A DNA stretch of 64,000 bases from positions 4,576,001 to 4,640,000 of the forward strand of contig OY969763.1 of NCBI GenBank assembly GCA_963702845.1, given 5' to 3'. Shown here piece after piece: positions 50,982-62,405 of this stretch; position 1 is the first letter of the stretch, and each line of letters begins with the position of its first letter. A program made the translations under genes and the position numbers. The DNA comes from an uncultured Verrucomicrobiae bacterium. GTDB taxonomy: Bacteria > Verrucomicrobiota > Verrucomicrobiia > Limisphaerales > Palsa-1400. Under the pieces are notes generated by a model. It was not told the DNA's origin. It was given only the letters and a program-made list of their open reading frames with translations, and searched no databases.

Positions 50982-53900
50982 GTGACCCGGGGAAAGAAGA
51001 TTCTGCTCTGGCTGGCAGGCACCATTGTCCTGCTCGCGATCGCCATTGCGTTCGCGCCTTATTGGCTTGGCCTCGCTCTGCCTGCCGTCCTGCGTGGGTA
51101 TCATGTCCATTATGGAAGCTATCACAGGCTCGATTACTCGCACTTCGAACTCCGCGATGTGGATTACGTAAAGGATGGCACTCGACTTCACGCACGCCAG
51201 GTCACCGGCTTAACTCCGGTTTTATGGTGGTGGAGGAAGGAGCATCACCCGGAGACGACTTATCTGAACGCGGACGACTGGACCCTTTCATTCGAAACGA
51301 ACAAGGCCACATCAACCAAAAGCAGTTTCGCCAACACTGTGTCGAAGGCGCACGTTAAACTGAACTCGCTGCGGGATTGGGTCGCGCTTGCAGAGCTGCG
51401 GAACGGCGCCGTGGAAATTCACGATCTGCATGTTCCGATTCCGACTGCGATTTGGTCGAACGGAAATTTCTCAGCAACGATGGCGCTGCCGCGCGTCGAT
51501 GAGGCTGCAAACGTTGTCGCGCAAATCGGAGCAAATTTCCCGTGGACTGCAACCGCGGCTGTGCCCAGGCGAAATTTGCGGCTGGAAGTCGTAATGACAA
51601 ACGAGGCGTCACTGGGCGGTATCGTTACGTGGCACACGAATCAGGCGACAATCGGCGCCACATTTTCGCGGAATGGAACGTTACCAGAGCAGGCGTTTGT
51701 TGAAGTGAAGGGGTTTCGCGTGGGGTCGAAGGATTTGGACTTGCGCGGATACGATGACGTGAGCGGTGCTCTCAATGCAACTTGGGCCTATGGGAGATTC
51801 GCCGTCGATTTGCGCGCAAATGCAACACCCTTGGCCACGAGCACGAACCTGGAGCCGTTTGTTGCAAACATCACTGCATCGGGAGACACGAATGCCGCGA
51901 CACTGCAAACCTTGACGATGTCGTCACCGGGAATGGAGGCTCACTTGTTGGCACCGCTATCGGTAAGCTTTAAAGGTGAAATGCTCAATCAATCCGCTTC
52001 ATTTGTAGTGAAGGCTGATTTGAGTAAACAACAGTTTCTTCCCGTGCGCGGCCTTGTCACCGGGACGGCATCGCTACAGCGAAAGGCTGGCACGTATCCC
52101 CAGGTCACCTTCGCCATTTCCGGCGATCACGTCACTGGATTTGACGTTGAAGCGGCTGCGATGAAAACACAGGGACAACTCAATTGGCCGCTGTTGGAGT
52201 TGCAAAATCTAGATGTGCGATTCATCAACGGCACCACAGCGAACATCACGACCGGAGTGGACTTGGAAAAACGTGTAGTGCAGCACGGCACAATTCAGTT
52301 CTCGGGAAAGATCGCCGAAGACCTGTTGCCGGTGGGCTACGATTACGAGCGACTTTCGTTGCGGGCGGAATTCAGCGGACCAGTCAATTCACTGAAGCAC
52401 TCAGGCGAACTAAATTTCGGCGAGGTCGTTGTTCCGTATGTGAAATCGTTCCGCGCATCGGCGAAATGGGATGGGCAAGGAACCGACTTAAAAACTTTCG
52501 AAGCGGAGATGCGCGTTTCCAGTACCGCGCTGATGCGCATGAGCGGCTCGGCGGCATTGAGCGGCACCGCGAACACACACCACATCGATGCAAAACTCGA
52601 TAGGCTGGCTGTCGTGTCTGGCGACCAAACGTTCGCATTGAAGACGAGCACACGATTGAACGCTGAGTTAACGCGGACGAACAATCACGCGCTTTGGAAT
52701 GCACAAGTCAGTTCCCTCCAACTACGCAGCGCGCGCGGTGATTTGATGTTCGAAGCCTCATTAAATGGAACATCTGCAGGACGTTTTTCGATTTACGGGC
52801 ATCGGCTCGAATCGCGTTTGGCCAACGCATTCCTCATTCGACCCATTGCTGAAGTGCGCATTGGCCAGATTGCCGCCGCAGCAGTCTGGAGTAATGGCCC
52901 CGCAAAATGGAATCTGGATCTGAGCGGGCAGTACGTCCCATCTTTAACCAACAGCTCATCCATTGACCTCGCAGATTTTTCCGCCCGCGTCGAAATGTTT
53001 GGCGATGTGCGCGGAACGACGATCACGAATATAACGATTTCCAAAAAGGGCCAGCCCGTCGCGACAGCCTACGGCGTAATCCCACTAACGATTCAACCGG
53101 CGCGGATCAGCTCTGGTTTCATCAATGTCCTCCACGCGAACGACAACGACCCAATTCACCTGCGCGTTACCACACAAACCAAAGCGGCCTTCTGGGAAGC
53201 CATCACCAAGGGTTTACCGATTAGCATCCAAAATCCTTCAATCGATTTGTCGGTTGATGGAACACTCGCTCAACCACGCGGCACGTTGCATTGCGAAATC
53301 CCTGCAGGCAGCATCAAGTTGCTCACCAACTCTGTCCGCCTCGCGCTCGCCAATTTTAAAGCAGACATCGCTATCGACCGCCACCAAATCAATCTGCAGC
53401 ACTTCAGCGTTCTTCTCCAAGGCCAGCCGCTTTCCGCATCGGGAACACTACCGCTGCCATCAAACCTTGAACGCGACTGGCGCAAAGTTTTTGATTGGCG
53501 AAAAGCGAGCATCACTGTTCGCGCGGCTGACGTGCAGATCGCTCCCTTCGCCGACATCGAGCGCCGATTCATCAGTCCACAAGGAACCGTTTGGGCAAAC
53601 GTAAGCGTAAACCACGGTCAAATCAGCGGCAGCCTTGTTGTCACGAACGCAGCGACGCGTCCGATCGCGCAGTTCGGCGCCGTCCGCGACATCAATGCGC
53701 GCCTGAACTTTGCTCGCAATCGTCTCGAGATCGAACGCTGTGTCGGAACTTTGAGCGGCGGGCCGATCGCCGTGTCTGGCTGGGCCGACTTGTTGCACAT
53801 AGACCCGCAAAACGAAGCTGCCGAGATTCAACCTCAACCTTCGCGGCGACAGCGTCCCTGTCGTGCGGCGGTCTGACGTGATCGTTCGCGTGAAATTCGA

Positions 53901-54703
53901 CCTCATCGCGGCAAATACAAACAACGGGCCCGGGCATCGTGACAGGCGACGTTGGGCTTCAGAATAGTTATCTTTTGAACGACCTGAAGTTGCTCGTGCC
54001 TCCGCACGTTGCCAAGCCGCAGAATCGCCCGCCCTATTTCAGCGTCGACACCCCGCCCTTCTCGAGTTGGAAGCTCGATGTGAAAGTTAAGGGCGACCGC
54101 TTCTTGAAAGTGCGCAGCCCGTTCTTCAACGGCGTTTGCTCAGCGGATATGCACCTGGGTGGAACTCTTGCCGAACCCATCGCATTGGGCGACGCAACGA
54201 TCAACTCCGGCGCAGTGGAATTTCCTTTCGCCACCGTCAAAGTCACCCAGGGATATGCCAGTCTCACCACGGCATATCCTTACATGCCCCACCTGTTCAT
54301 CACGGGGTCCACGAAAGCTTACGAGTTTGACATCCGCATGAACGTCACCGGTCCGGTTGACAATCCGAAAATTGAATTCACCTCCACACCCGGCCTGGCT
54401 TCCGAACAAATTCTAATCATGCTGACGACCGGTGAGTTGCCCGCCACTGCGAGTGCGTTAACCACCCAGCAGCGGACGCTTCGGGTCGGCGCATTTGTTG
54501 GGAAAAGCCTGTTGAGCAGATTCGGTATGGCTCCTGGCAACGAACAGCGATTATCGGTTCAATCCAGTCGTGACCTGACAGAACAAAACACCGAGACGTA
54601 TTCGGCCGAATATAAAGTCAATCCAGACTGGTCCGTGATCGGCGATTACAACAAATATGGCGGCGTCAATCTTGGCCTGAAATGGCGATTCTATTCAAAG
54701 TAA
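50982..54703 (+). CDS. TamB/DUF490-type translocation-assembly protein; +1 frameshifts near 53810 (AAAA) and 53933 (GGG)
   Basis: N-terminal TM, long beta-rich body; C-terminal 'GTLAEP...G', 'TGPVDNPKIEFTSTPGL...QILIML.TG'; the frames join after removing two bases. Confidence 0.8.
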
Positions 54704-56808
54704 CGAAGGCGATTTTATCAGCACCGGTTCTACGATGCGGCTTGCTGATGACCACTATTTTATGTCAGCCCATCCTCGCCAGCGCGGCGGCGCCGAAAGC
54801 CAAGCTGAAGATTTCCGGCTACGGCGTGCTGGGAAATTTGGAACTCAAACGGACCATTCTCTTACTCGAAACCGACAACAAAAAACGTCAGACTTATGAT
54901 GCGAACTTCATCGAGGACTCTGTCATAATTTTGCTGTCGCGTTTGACCGAAGACGGGTTCCTGCGCCCGGAAGTCTCTGCCGTGGTCACGTTGACGAATG
55001 GGAATACGCAAACGTTTCGTTGGACGACAAATTTTGATGTGCCATTGCCGCGACCGCTCGAGGCCACTCGCGTTGAGCTTCGCGTGCATAAAGGCGTGTT
55101 CTATTACTATTCGAGCGTTCAGTTCTCGGGACTGACAACGGTTCAGGAAAAAACCGCGCGGACGTACTTCGTCCAAAACGTGGCACTCTTGCCATTGAAA
55201 CGCTACAAAGTCTATTCGCCACAACGACTGAGCCGGAGCGTCTCCAGCCTGTCGGAGGTTTTAGAGCGACAAGGTTTTCGGGACGCCAAAATCAATCCAA
55301 CAGTCACAACCAATAATGCAACCGGGGCGGTGTCGGTTATCGTCAATGTCGAGGAAGGTCCGCGTTCAATCGTGCGCACGGTGCGCCAGGAAATATTCCG
55401 CGAGGATTACACCAACGCACAGGTGGTCGTTGCTTTGGTTCGGAAACCTTACTCGCCATTGTGGGAACAGGATTTCACACAAAGCATAAAAACGAATCTG
55501 TATCACTCCGGATATCCGGATACAGCGGTTCAACTTTCAACAATTCACGCCGAGACAAATAACAACATCATCAATTTCGACCTGCTCGCCAAAGTGACAG
55601 CCGGGCCGAAGATCGCCCTGGGCACGGTCAAGTTTGAAGGCCGCAAAAAGACGAAACTGGCGGCGCTGACGAAGCGTACTCAATTAACTCCCGGTGAACT
55701 TCTCGACCGCATCCGTGTTGAACGGGCGCGCTATCGCATCTCGGAATTGGGCGTGTTTGATGCCGTCGGACTTCGATACGACCAAGTTGATCCCCACACG
55801 CGCGATGCGGTGTTCGAATTGAAAGAAAGCAAAAACCTCGATGCGAGCCTATTATTCAGCTTCGGCTCATACGAAATCATCCGGGTCGGCTTCGATATCG
55901 ATCAGCACAACATCTGGGGTCTCGCTCATAGTGCGCGTTTTCGTGTCACACAATCATTCAAGACAAGCAGCGGCGATTACATTTACACCATCCCGCAGAT
56001 TGTTGGCGAAGACGTCAACGCGTTCTTTAACGCCTCGGCACTTCGCCGCCAGGAAGTCGACTTCGTGCGTCAGGAATACGGTGGGGGTATCGGCATCGAA
56101 AGATTATTTCGAAAAATCTCCCTCGATGCGAGTGTCCGCTACAATTACCAATCACTGACGGCGGTGCAGAACGACTTTGATCCGACCGTTGGGTTAAAGA
56201 CCGCGCAGGTGAGCGGATTCACCATCGATTTAAAACACGACAAGCGCGACAACCCGCTTTATCCGCATCATGGCTACAAACTGCTTGGGAGCGCTGAATT
56301 TGTGACCGATGCGCTCGGCGGCGACGCGAATTACCAGCGATTCGAAGTGTCAGGCTCGTATCATTTTCCCGTCGGCGAAGGCCGATGGTTGCATTTTGGC
56401 GTCGATCACGGCGGGGTTTTTACGCCGAATGCGCCAGCGGTTGATCTCCCGTTCAACAAACGGTTTTTTCCCGGCGGCGAAAATTCGGTGCGAGGTTACA
56501 GCGAAGGCGAGGCCTCCCCGCGTAATGCGCAGGGAACAATCGTGGGCGCAGCGACATTTCTCTTGGCCACCGGGGAACTCGAACAAGCGCTGACGCCGAA
56601 ACTTTCGGTGGTCGGGTTCGTCGATTCGGTCGGCATCGCTCAAAACATCCAACAGTATCCATTCAACCAGGTGCTTACTTCCGTCGGCGGCGGGATAAAC
56701 TATCAGACACTAATTGGCCCCCTCCGATTGGAATACGGCCATAACTTGAACCCGCGTCCGCAGGATCCGTCGGGCACAGTGCAGTTCTCGGTCGGATTTC
56801 CCTTCTGA
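54682..56808 (+). CDS. Omp85-family (TamA/BamA-like) outer membrane protein
   Basis: POTRA-like repeats, 'DKRDNPLYP..G', 'RFFPGGENSVRGY', 'GPLRLEYG', C-terminal Phe. Confidence 0.9.
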   Translation: MAILFKVTKAILSAPVLRCGLLMTTILCQPILASAAAPKAKLKISGYGVLGNLELKRTILLLETDNKKRQTYDANFIEDSVIILLSRLTEDGFLRPEVSAVVTLTNGNTQTFRWTTNFDVPLPRPLEATRVELRVHKGVFYYYSSVQFSGLTTVQEKTARTYFVQNVALLPLKRYKVYSPQRLSRSVSSLSEVLERQGFRDAKINPTVTTNNATGAVSVIVNVEEGPRSIVRTVRQEIFREDYTNAQVVVALVRKPYSPLWEQDFTQSIKTNLYHSGYPDTAVQLSTIHAETNNNIINFDLLAKVTAGPKIALGTVKFEGRKKTKLAALTKRTQLTPGELLDRIRVERARYRISELGVFDAVGLRYDQVDPHTRDAVFELKESKNLDASLLFSFGSYEIIRVGFDIDQHNIWGLAHSARFRVTQSFKTSSGDYIYTIPQIVGEDVNAFFNASALRRQEVDFVRQEYGGGIGIERLFRKISLDASVRYNYQSLTAVQNDFDPTVGLKTAQVSGFTIDLKHDKRDNPLYPHHGYKLLGSAEFVTDALGGDANYQRFEVSGSYHFPVGEGRWLHFGVDHGGVFTPNAPAVDLPFNKRFFPGGENSVRGYSEGEASPRNAQGTIVGAATFLLATGELEQALTPKLSVVGFVDSVGIAQNIQQYPFNQVLTSVGGGINYQTLIGPLRLEYGHNLNPRPQDPSGTVQFSVGFPF

Positions 56809-56819
56809 ACCCACATTGC

Positions 56820-56847
56820 TTGACATACCGCTACTTCACTATATAAT
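56820..56847 (+). promoter_or_regulatory. Orphan sigma-70 promoter cassette, copy 2
   Basis: TTGACA-tacc-GCTACTTCACT-a-TATAAT, followed by hairpin CGGGC-aaactgatc-GCCCG (56857-56875). Confidence 0.7.
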
Positions 56848-56913
56848 GTTCAGCGACGGGCAAACTGATCGCCCGGATAGCCGGCCGATTCAACTTTTCG
56901 CACAGCTTCGAGG

Positions 56914-58006
56914 CTACACCTTGCGATGGTCGCCGGAGAGCGATGCGTCTCTGGGAGCCTCAACCAGCAACCGCTTAAGATCAGCGATAAAGCCCTGAAC
57001 ATCAGTTCGGTTGAATATCCCAGGCGCACATCAACCGACAGCCGCCCTGCCCAATGAACGTGTAGAATTTCCAACCGGCCTGGCGCAACGCAACGATGAC
57101 ATACGCCGGCAAATCGACGAAAACGGAATTGGCCTGTCGCGGGAAAAGAATTTTTGCTTCCGGAATTTGTTTGAGGCCTTCAGCGAGCAATTGCGCCATG
57201 GCGTTGGCGTGGGTGGCGTGACGGAGCCATGCGCCGGACTCAAACATGCCCAGCCAGGGTGCGGCGAGGAAACGCATTTTCGAAGCGAGTTGACCGGCTT
57301 GTTTGCAGCGAAAATCGAATTCGTGCGCGAGCGCGCGATTGAAGAAGACGACAGCTTCGCCAAGCGGCAAACCGTTTTTACTTCCGCCGAAACAGAGGAC
57401 GTCCACGCCGGCCTGCCATGTGATTTCCCTGGGCTTTACGTTCAGTGATGCAACGGCATTGGCAAAACGCGCGCCGTCCATGTGCAACTTGAGGCCGAAT
57501 TGTTTTACTTTTGCTGAGATCGCTTTGAGTTCGTCTGGCGTGTAGACAGTGCCAACTTCGGTTGCATTGGTAACGCTGACTGCGCAGGGCTTGGGAAAAT
57601 GAATATCGGTACGGCGCGTGACGGTGCGCTCAATGGCGGCGGGATCGATTTTGCCGTTAGTGCCAGGCAAGAGCAGCACTTTCATACCGTTGGAGAAAAA
57701 TTCCGGGGCGCCGCATTCGTCCGTTTCGACGTGCGCAAGTTCGTGGCAAAGCACGCTGTGATAGGACTGACCGAGAGAGGCGAGCGAAAGTGAGTTTGCG
57801 GCGGTGCCGTTGAAAACGAAAAACACTTCGCAATCGGTTTCGAAAATTTCGCGAAGCCTGTCGGCGGCTTTGGCGGTCCAGGCGTCATCGCCGTAACTGA
57901 CGGCGTGGCCCGAGTTCGCTTCAGCGAGAGCCGACCAGGCTTCAGGACAGATACCCGCGTAATTGTCGCTGGCGAAATGGCGCAGCCTGGGAGATTCGTT
58001 TTTCAC
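56914..58006 (-). CDS. ltaE: Low-specificity L-threonine aldolase; frameshift near 57006 truncates the called ORF
   Basis: FASDNYAG, FNGTAAN, DECGAPE, LHMDGARFANA, GGSKNG; the corrected tail DVQGFIADLKRLL...RKV* ends at 56914. Confidence 0.9.
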
Positions 58007-58108
58007 TAATTATATGAGAGTGCCAGTAAGCGCGGAAGGGAAGCCGGAAAGTCATCTCAGGGCAGAGACACATCAAAATTTTATACTCGAGTAATATAGC
58101 AGATGAAC

Positions 58109-58190
58109 AACAGCGCCGCGCGCGTCAGCGAGCGATTTTGGAGGGGCGCGCTGATTATAAAAACCGCTTGCTGACGCGCGCGGCTCTGTT
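58109..58190. repeat. REP-like inverted repeat pair (long hairpin)
   Basis: AACAGCGCCGCGCGCGTCAGCGAGCGATTT ... AAACCGCTTGCTGACGCGCGCGGCTCTGTT, about 30-nt arms. Confidence 0.75.
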
Positions 58191-58248
58191 CGTCAGCACG
58201 TGTCAAATGGAGGCTTGTAACGACAAAGCTTGGGCGTAGTTTTTAGCG

Positions 58249-58677
58249 ATGAAAATCAAATATGCTCTGGTTGCTGCCCTATCGCTGGCGGCTGTTATCG
58301 CATTTGCGCAGGAAGCCAAGATTCAAAAGCCGTCCAAAGCCGACAAAGCACCGCTAAAGAAGATAGGCGCGCTGGAAGCGACGAATTTCCTGAATAAGAC
58401 AATGATCGTCACCGGCAAAGTCGCCCGTGTGTCGATTCGCCCCAAGATCGTTTACATCGACATCGATCAGTCCTATCCGAACTCGCCGTTCAACGGTATC
58501 GTCTTCCCGAGCGCCACGAATCAATTTCCGGAATTGAACAAGCTGAAGGGCAAGAACGTGGAAATTTCAGGCAAAATCGCCGAATACCAGGGCAAGCCCC
58601 AGATTGTCTTAAACAGTTCCAACCAGTTGCACGTCGTTGAACAGAAGGCGCCGGAGACAACAGCGCCGGCGCAGTAA
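58249..58677 (+). CDS. Secreted OB-fold-like hypothetical protein
   Basis: Signal peptide; 'V.GKV', 'YPNSPF..IVF', 'GK.VEISGKI.EYQGKPQI'. Confidence 0.75.
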   Translation: MKIKYALVAALSLAAVIAFAQEAKIQKPSKADKAPLKKIGALEATNFLNKTMIVTGKVARVSIRPKIVYIDIDQSYPNSPFNGIVFPSATNQFPELNKLKGKNVEISGKIAEYQGKPQIVLNSSNQLHVVEQKAPETTAPAQ

Positions 58678-58697
58678 TTCGGCCCCGACCGGCGCAA

Positions 58698-59132
58698 CTA
58701 ATACTTTTTCGAAAACTTCTTTTTCGAATCGTCGTCGTGCTTTTCAGCCGCGCTTTCGGGTGCGGCTGAACTTTTTTGCCCGGGTTCTTCCACTGCCGGG
58801 GCGGCATCGGCAGGAGCTGCGGGTGCAGGCTGGGCACTTTCCTTTTGCACAGCTTCGACGAACGCCATGCGCAGACTGGCGAGGCTCTGCTTGAGCAAAC
58901 CTTCCTCCTGTTTGTCGAGATTACCTTTGGTCTTGATCTCGATCATTTCCAACTGATCGATGAAATAGCGGGCGTTATCGAGATCGATTTCCTTTTTGCC
59001 CGTTTGCGGATGGGGCGCATGACCAAGGAAGATCAAGGCCATGTTGGTATTCTGAACTACGAGGTTTGCGAATAACGCCGACATCATTTCTTCGCGCGTC
59101 ATGGCGCCATGCTCAACATTTTGCTCGCTCAT
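58698..59132 (-). CDS. DUF1844-family protein
   Basis: 'ALIFLG..PHP.TG....DL..AR..ID.L......TKGNL...E..LL...L..LRMAFV'. Confidence 0.85.
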   Translation of the reverse strand: MSEQNVEHGAMTREEMMSALFANLVVQNTNMALIFLGHAPHPQTGKKEIDLDNARYFIDQLEMIEIKTKGNLDKQEEGLLKQSLASLRMAFVEAVQKESAQPAPAAPADAAPAVEEPGQKSSAAPESAAEKHDDDSKKKFSKKY

Positions 59133-59135
59133 AAA

Positions 59136-59816
59136 TTAAGTATTCGGACGGTTCTTGCGATGGTGTTTAATTTCCGCCATCAAAAAATGAATCAAATGTT
59201 TCAGGCGCGGCTCAACTTCGACCGTCTCGAGAATCGTTTGGCGTTCAACCGGCCCAGGCAATAGAGCGCAGGAGACTAAATCCGCCAGTTGATCGGCGTC
59301 GTTCAATTTATCGAGATACGAGACGATTTCTTTTACGGATAAAACTGCGGCGGCATCTTTATTTTTGTTCTTCACTTTTGGCGTGACCGGGAAGGGAAAG
59401 GGCAGGCCTAATTGGATGCGTTCGGTAACAAGGTCGCGAACCTTTGCGAGTAAAGCATCAATGGTGACATTGTCTTTTTGCGGCGCTTGCAACGGACGAA
59501 CGCGGCACATTCTATATGGCTTATATCGGGTCGTTTTGGTGATCTCGACGCGAGTGATGCCCTGCAAAATCAGATGCGATGTGCCATCCGGATTATCGAC
59601 GCACACCCGAACCAGGCCCAAGCCGGCGACGGTCGTGGGAATTTCGCGAGAATAAGTAGGTCGCTGCATGGCAACGGTAAACATCCGCTCACCCTTGAGG
59701 GTGTCGGCGAGCATTTTTCGATAGCGAGGCTCGAAAATATAAAGGGGCAGCAACGCCTGGGGGAACAGTGTCACACTGGGCAGGGTCATCACTGGGACCT
59801 CGCACGGGATTTCCAT
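59136..59816 (-). CDS. Stand-alone Lon N-terminal (substrate-binding) domain protein
   Basis: 'LFP...LPLYIFEPRYRKM', 'PDG...L.LQG..R'; no ATPase or protease domain. Confidence 0.85.
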   Translation of the reverse strand: MEIPCEVPVMTLPSVTLFPQALLPLYIFEPRYRKMLADTLKGERMFTVAMQRPTYSREIPTTVAGLGLVRVCVDNPDGTSHLILQGITRVEITKTTRYKPYRMCRVRPLQAPQKDNVTIDALLAKVRDLVTERIQLGLPFPFPVTPKVKNKNKDAAAVLSVKEIVSYLDKLNDADQLADLVSCALLPGPVERQTILETVEVEPRLKHLIHFLMAEIKHHRKNRPNT

Positions 59817-59904
59817 GAACACAATTTAAGTTGGCGCGTTTATTTAGCAAGGCGGATGCGGTTCGACTTGCCATCATTGGGCAATTCTTTGCATACTGAT
59901 TTTC

Positions 59905-60696
59905 ATGAGAGGTAAAGCATTTCTAATCATTCTAGTAATCATTGTCCTCGGCCTGGGTGCCGCGTTGATCGTGACAAACCAGCGTGCTACCGAAGAAACT
60001 CACAAGCGGGACTCGGCCATCAAGACGCTTTCGAACACTGTCGTGGAGGTCAAAGTTAAGCGCGATGAATTAGCTACGGTTAACACAACCCTGTCGAACA
60101 CACTCGCTTCAACGCGCGTGGATTTTTCGAACAAATTACTTGCGGCAGAAGCCGATCGCGACGCCACGGCGGCTAAATTGGCGAAGTCTCAAGCGGAAGC
60201 AAAAGCCGCTGCTGACGCGGCCAAAACGGAAATGGAAGCTCGCGACAAGAAGATTGCTGATCTCGAAGGCCAGAACATCAGCCTCGATAAGCAGGCCACT
60301 GATTTGCGCGGGTCCATTACCAAGCTCGAAGGCTCAATCACCGATACCGAGAAAAAACTCGCCAATTCGGAAGGTGAACGCAGCTTCCTGTTGAAAGAAC
60401 TGGACCGGATGCGCGCCGAAAAGGCTGATCTGGAAAAGAAATTCAACGACCTCGCCGCCTTGCGCGAGCAGGTTCACAAGTTGAAGGAAGAACTTTCGAT
60501 TGCCCGTCGCCTCGACTGGATTCGCCGCGGCATCGCCGATGCGTTTTCGCAAAAAGGTGGCGAACGCCAGATTGCTTCACGGCCAGAACCCGCCGCTGCT
60601 ACTCCTGGCCTGAATGTCGAATTAAAACAGGACGGCACCAGCACGATCACCACGCCCGCGCCAGTCGGTTCGGACGCGCCGGTAGTGAAGCCGTAA
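59905..60696 (+). CDS. Membrane-anchored coiled-coil hypothetical protein
   Basis: N-terminal TM followed by a long heptad-rich helix. Confidence 0.75.
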   Translation: MRGKAFLIILVIIVLGLGAALIVTNQRATEETHKRDSAIKTLSNTVVEVKVKRDELATVNTTLSNTLASTRVDFSNKLLAAEADRDATAAKLAKSQAEAKAAADAAKTEMEARDKKIADLEGQNISLDKQATDLRGSITKLEGSITDTEKKLANSEGERSFLLKELDRMRAEKADLEKKFNDLAALREQVHKLKEELSIARRLDWIRRGIADAFSQKGGERQIASRPEPAAATPGLNVELKQDGTSTITTPAPVGSDAPVVKP

Positions 60697-61419
60697 TTAT
60701 AAGTGGGGAATCTTCCCCTTGTAGCGCGACATGATAGCGTCGTTGTTGGTGCTATCAGTGTTCGCGCTGCCCCAAACTTCCGGTTTACCGCCTGCCGCGA
60801 CGACTCGCGCCGCAGCTTCGACAAAAATCGCGTGCAGAATAAATGCGCTGCTGATGGTTGAAGTCGGGCCGATTCGTTGCGGCAGGCCTTCAATTTCCAC
60901 GACTGCGTCCCCTGTCCTGCCGCAATTGTCGATGACAAGGTCGGCGATTTCGGTAAGCTTCTTCCCTGATGAATGTCGCGAGGTGACCACCGCGACGTAC
61001 TCAGAACTGGAAATGGCGATGACACGCGCACCTCGTGCTTTTGCTTCCAAGGCCATTTCGATGGGCACCGGATTACGCCCGGAATTTGAGACGATAAATA
61101 ACAGATCTCCGCTGGCCATTGGATAACGTGAAAGCACTTGTTTGGCATACCCCTCTTTTCGCTCCCAATCAGTGCTGGCTGAGGCACTGATGTGGACCAT
61201 CAGGTTTTCGTCGAGAATCGGAATGACGCGGGCAAGTCCGCCGGCGCGATAGAAAACTTCTTCCGCAAGCGCATGCGAGTGGCCCGACCCGAACGTATAA
61301 AGAAAACGGTCGTGCATCAACGTCGCGCGAACCCAATCAGCGGCGGCGTCCATCTGCGTGCGTTGTGTGCGCGTGATCCTGGCGAGCTGATCTTGCGCAG
61401 CTTTGAAATAGTCGTCCAT
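60697..61419 (-). CDS. SIS-domain sugar isomerase
   Basis: FGSGHS, EEVFYRAGGL, SNSGRN, SRHSSG, GPTST; start at 61419 or 61431. Confidence 0.88.
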   Translation of the reverse strand: MDDYFKAAQDQLARITRTQRTQMDAAADWVRATLMHDRFLYTFGSGHSHALAEEVFYRAGGLARVIPILDENLMVHISASASTDWERKEGYAKQVLSRYPMASGDLLFIVSNSGRNPVPIEMALEAKARGARVIAISSSEYVAVVTSRHSSGKKLTEIADLVIDNCGRTGDAVVEIEGLPQRIGPTSTISSAFILHAIFVEAAARVVAAGGKPEVWGSANTDSTNNDAIMSRYKGKIPHL

Positions 61420-61512
61420 GTAAAGGGTCATACGCGCGAGATTAGCAGAAGGTCCGGTTTGCAGCACAAGTTTCGATTTGCTGGAGTCGCGAGCGTGCTC
61501 TACAACGCTGCT

Positions 61513-62400
61513 ATGCCACGCATGTTCAGTCGCCGGAATTTCCTTCGCACTTGCGCTGCCACCGCTGCGCTCGCCCCGTTTGTCTCGCTCGCCAAAGAAT
61601 CGAGTTACCGCTTCTGCGCGTTCGAAAAGCCGTTGCAATTTTTGAGCTATGACGACATGGCGTCGTTGATGGCGGAATGCGGCTTCGATGGCGTCGAAGC
61701 AACCGTGCGCAAAGGCGGCCATGTTTTACCGGAACGCGTTGAAGAAGATCTGCCGAAGATGGTGGAGGCTTTGAAGAAACGTGGCCTGGAAATCACGATT
61801 TTGACGTCAGACATCAATAACGCGAGCCAACCCCAGGCTCAGAAAGTTTTAGCGACGGCGAAGAAACTCGGGATCACCCGGTATCGGATGCTTTGGTATC
61901 AATACGATTTGTCCAAGCCGGTCCGTCCGCAACTCGAGGCCATTCGTCCTCAAGTGAAGGATCTTGTGGCGATGAATCGCGAACTGGGTGTCACGGCGCT
62001 GTATCAGAATCATTCCGGCGCGAAGATGGTTGGCGCACCACTGTGGGATATTTACGAGGTCATTCGCGAGCATGATCCGAAGCAAATTTCAATTGCCTAT
62101 GATATAATGCATGCGACGGCTGAAGGCGGTCTCGATTGGCCGATTCAATTTAATTTGATTCAATCGCATCTCGGTGCGGTTTTTGTAAAAGACTTCACAT
62201 GGCAAAATCATAAGACGAAAGCGGCCCCGCTTGGAACGGGACAAATCGACGATAGTTTCTTCGCGCTGTTGAAAAAAACGAACTTCAAGGGGCCAATCTC
62301 AATGCACGTCGAATATCTGGAACGCGTCAAAGATCGCGCAACACAAGCGGCGGCGTTTAAAAAAGATTTTGGCACACTTCGCAATTGGCTGAACGCATAA
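61513..62400 (+). CDS. Tat-exported sugar phosphate isomerase/epimerase (xylose-isomerase-like TIM barrel)
   Basis: SRRNFL twin-arginine signal; GFDGVE, QNHSG, YDIMH, VKDF, HVEY. Confidence 0.85.
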   Translation: MPRMFSRRNFLRTCAATAALAPFVSLAKESSYRFCAFEKPLQFLSYDDMASLMAECGFDGVEATVRKGGHVLPERVEEDLPKMVEALKKRGLEITILTSDINNASQPQAQKVLATAKKLGITRYRMLWYQYDLSKPVRPQLEAIRPQVKDLVAMNRELGVTALYQNHSGAKMVGAPLWDIYEVIREHDPKQISIAYDIMHATAEGGLDWPIQFNLIQSHLGAVFVKDFTWQNHKTKAAPLGTGQIDDSFFALLKKTNFKGPISMHVEYLERVKDRATQAAAFKKDFGTLRNWLNA

Positions 62401-62405
62401 TTTAC

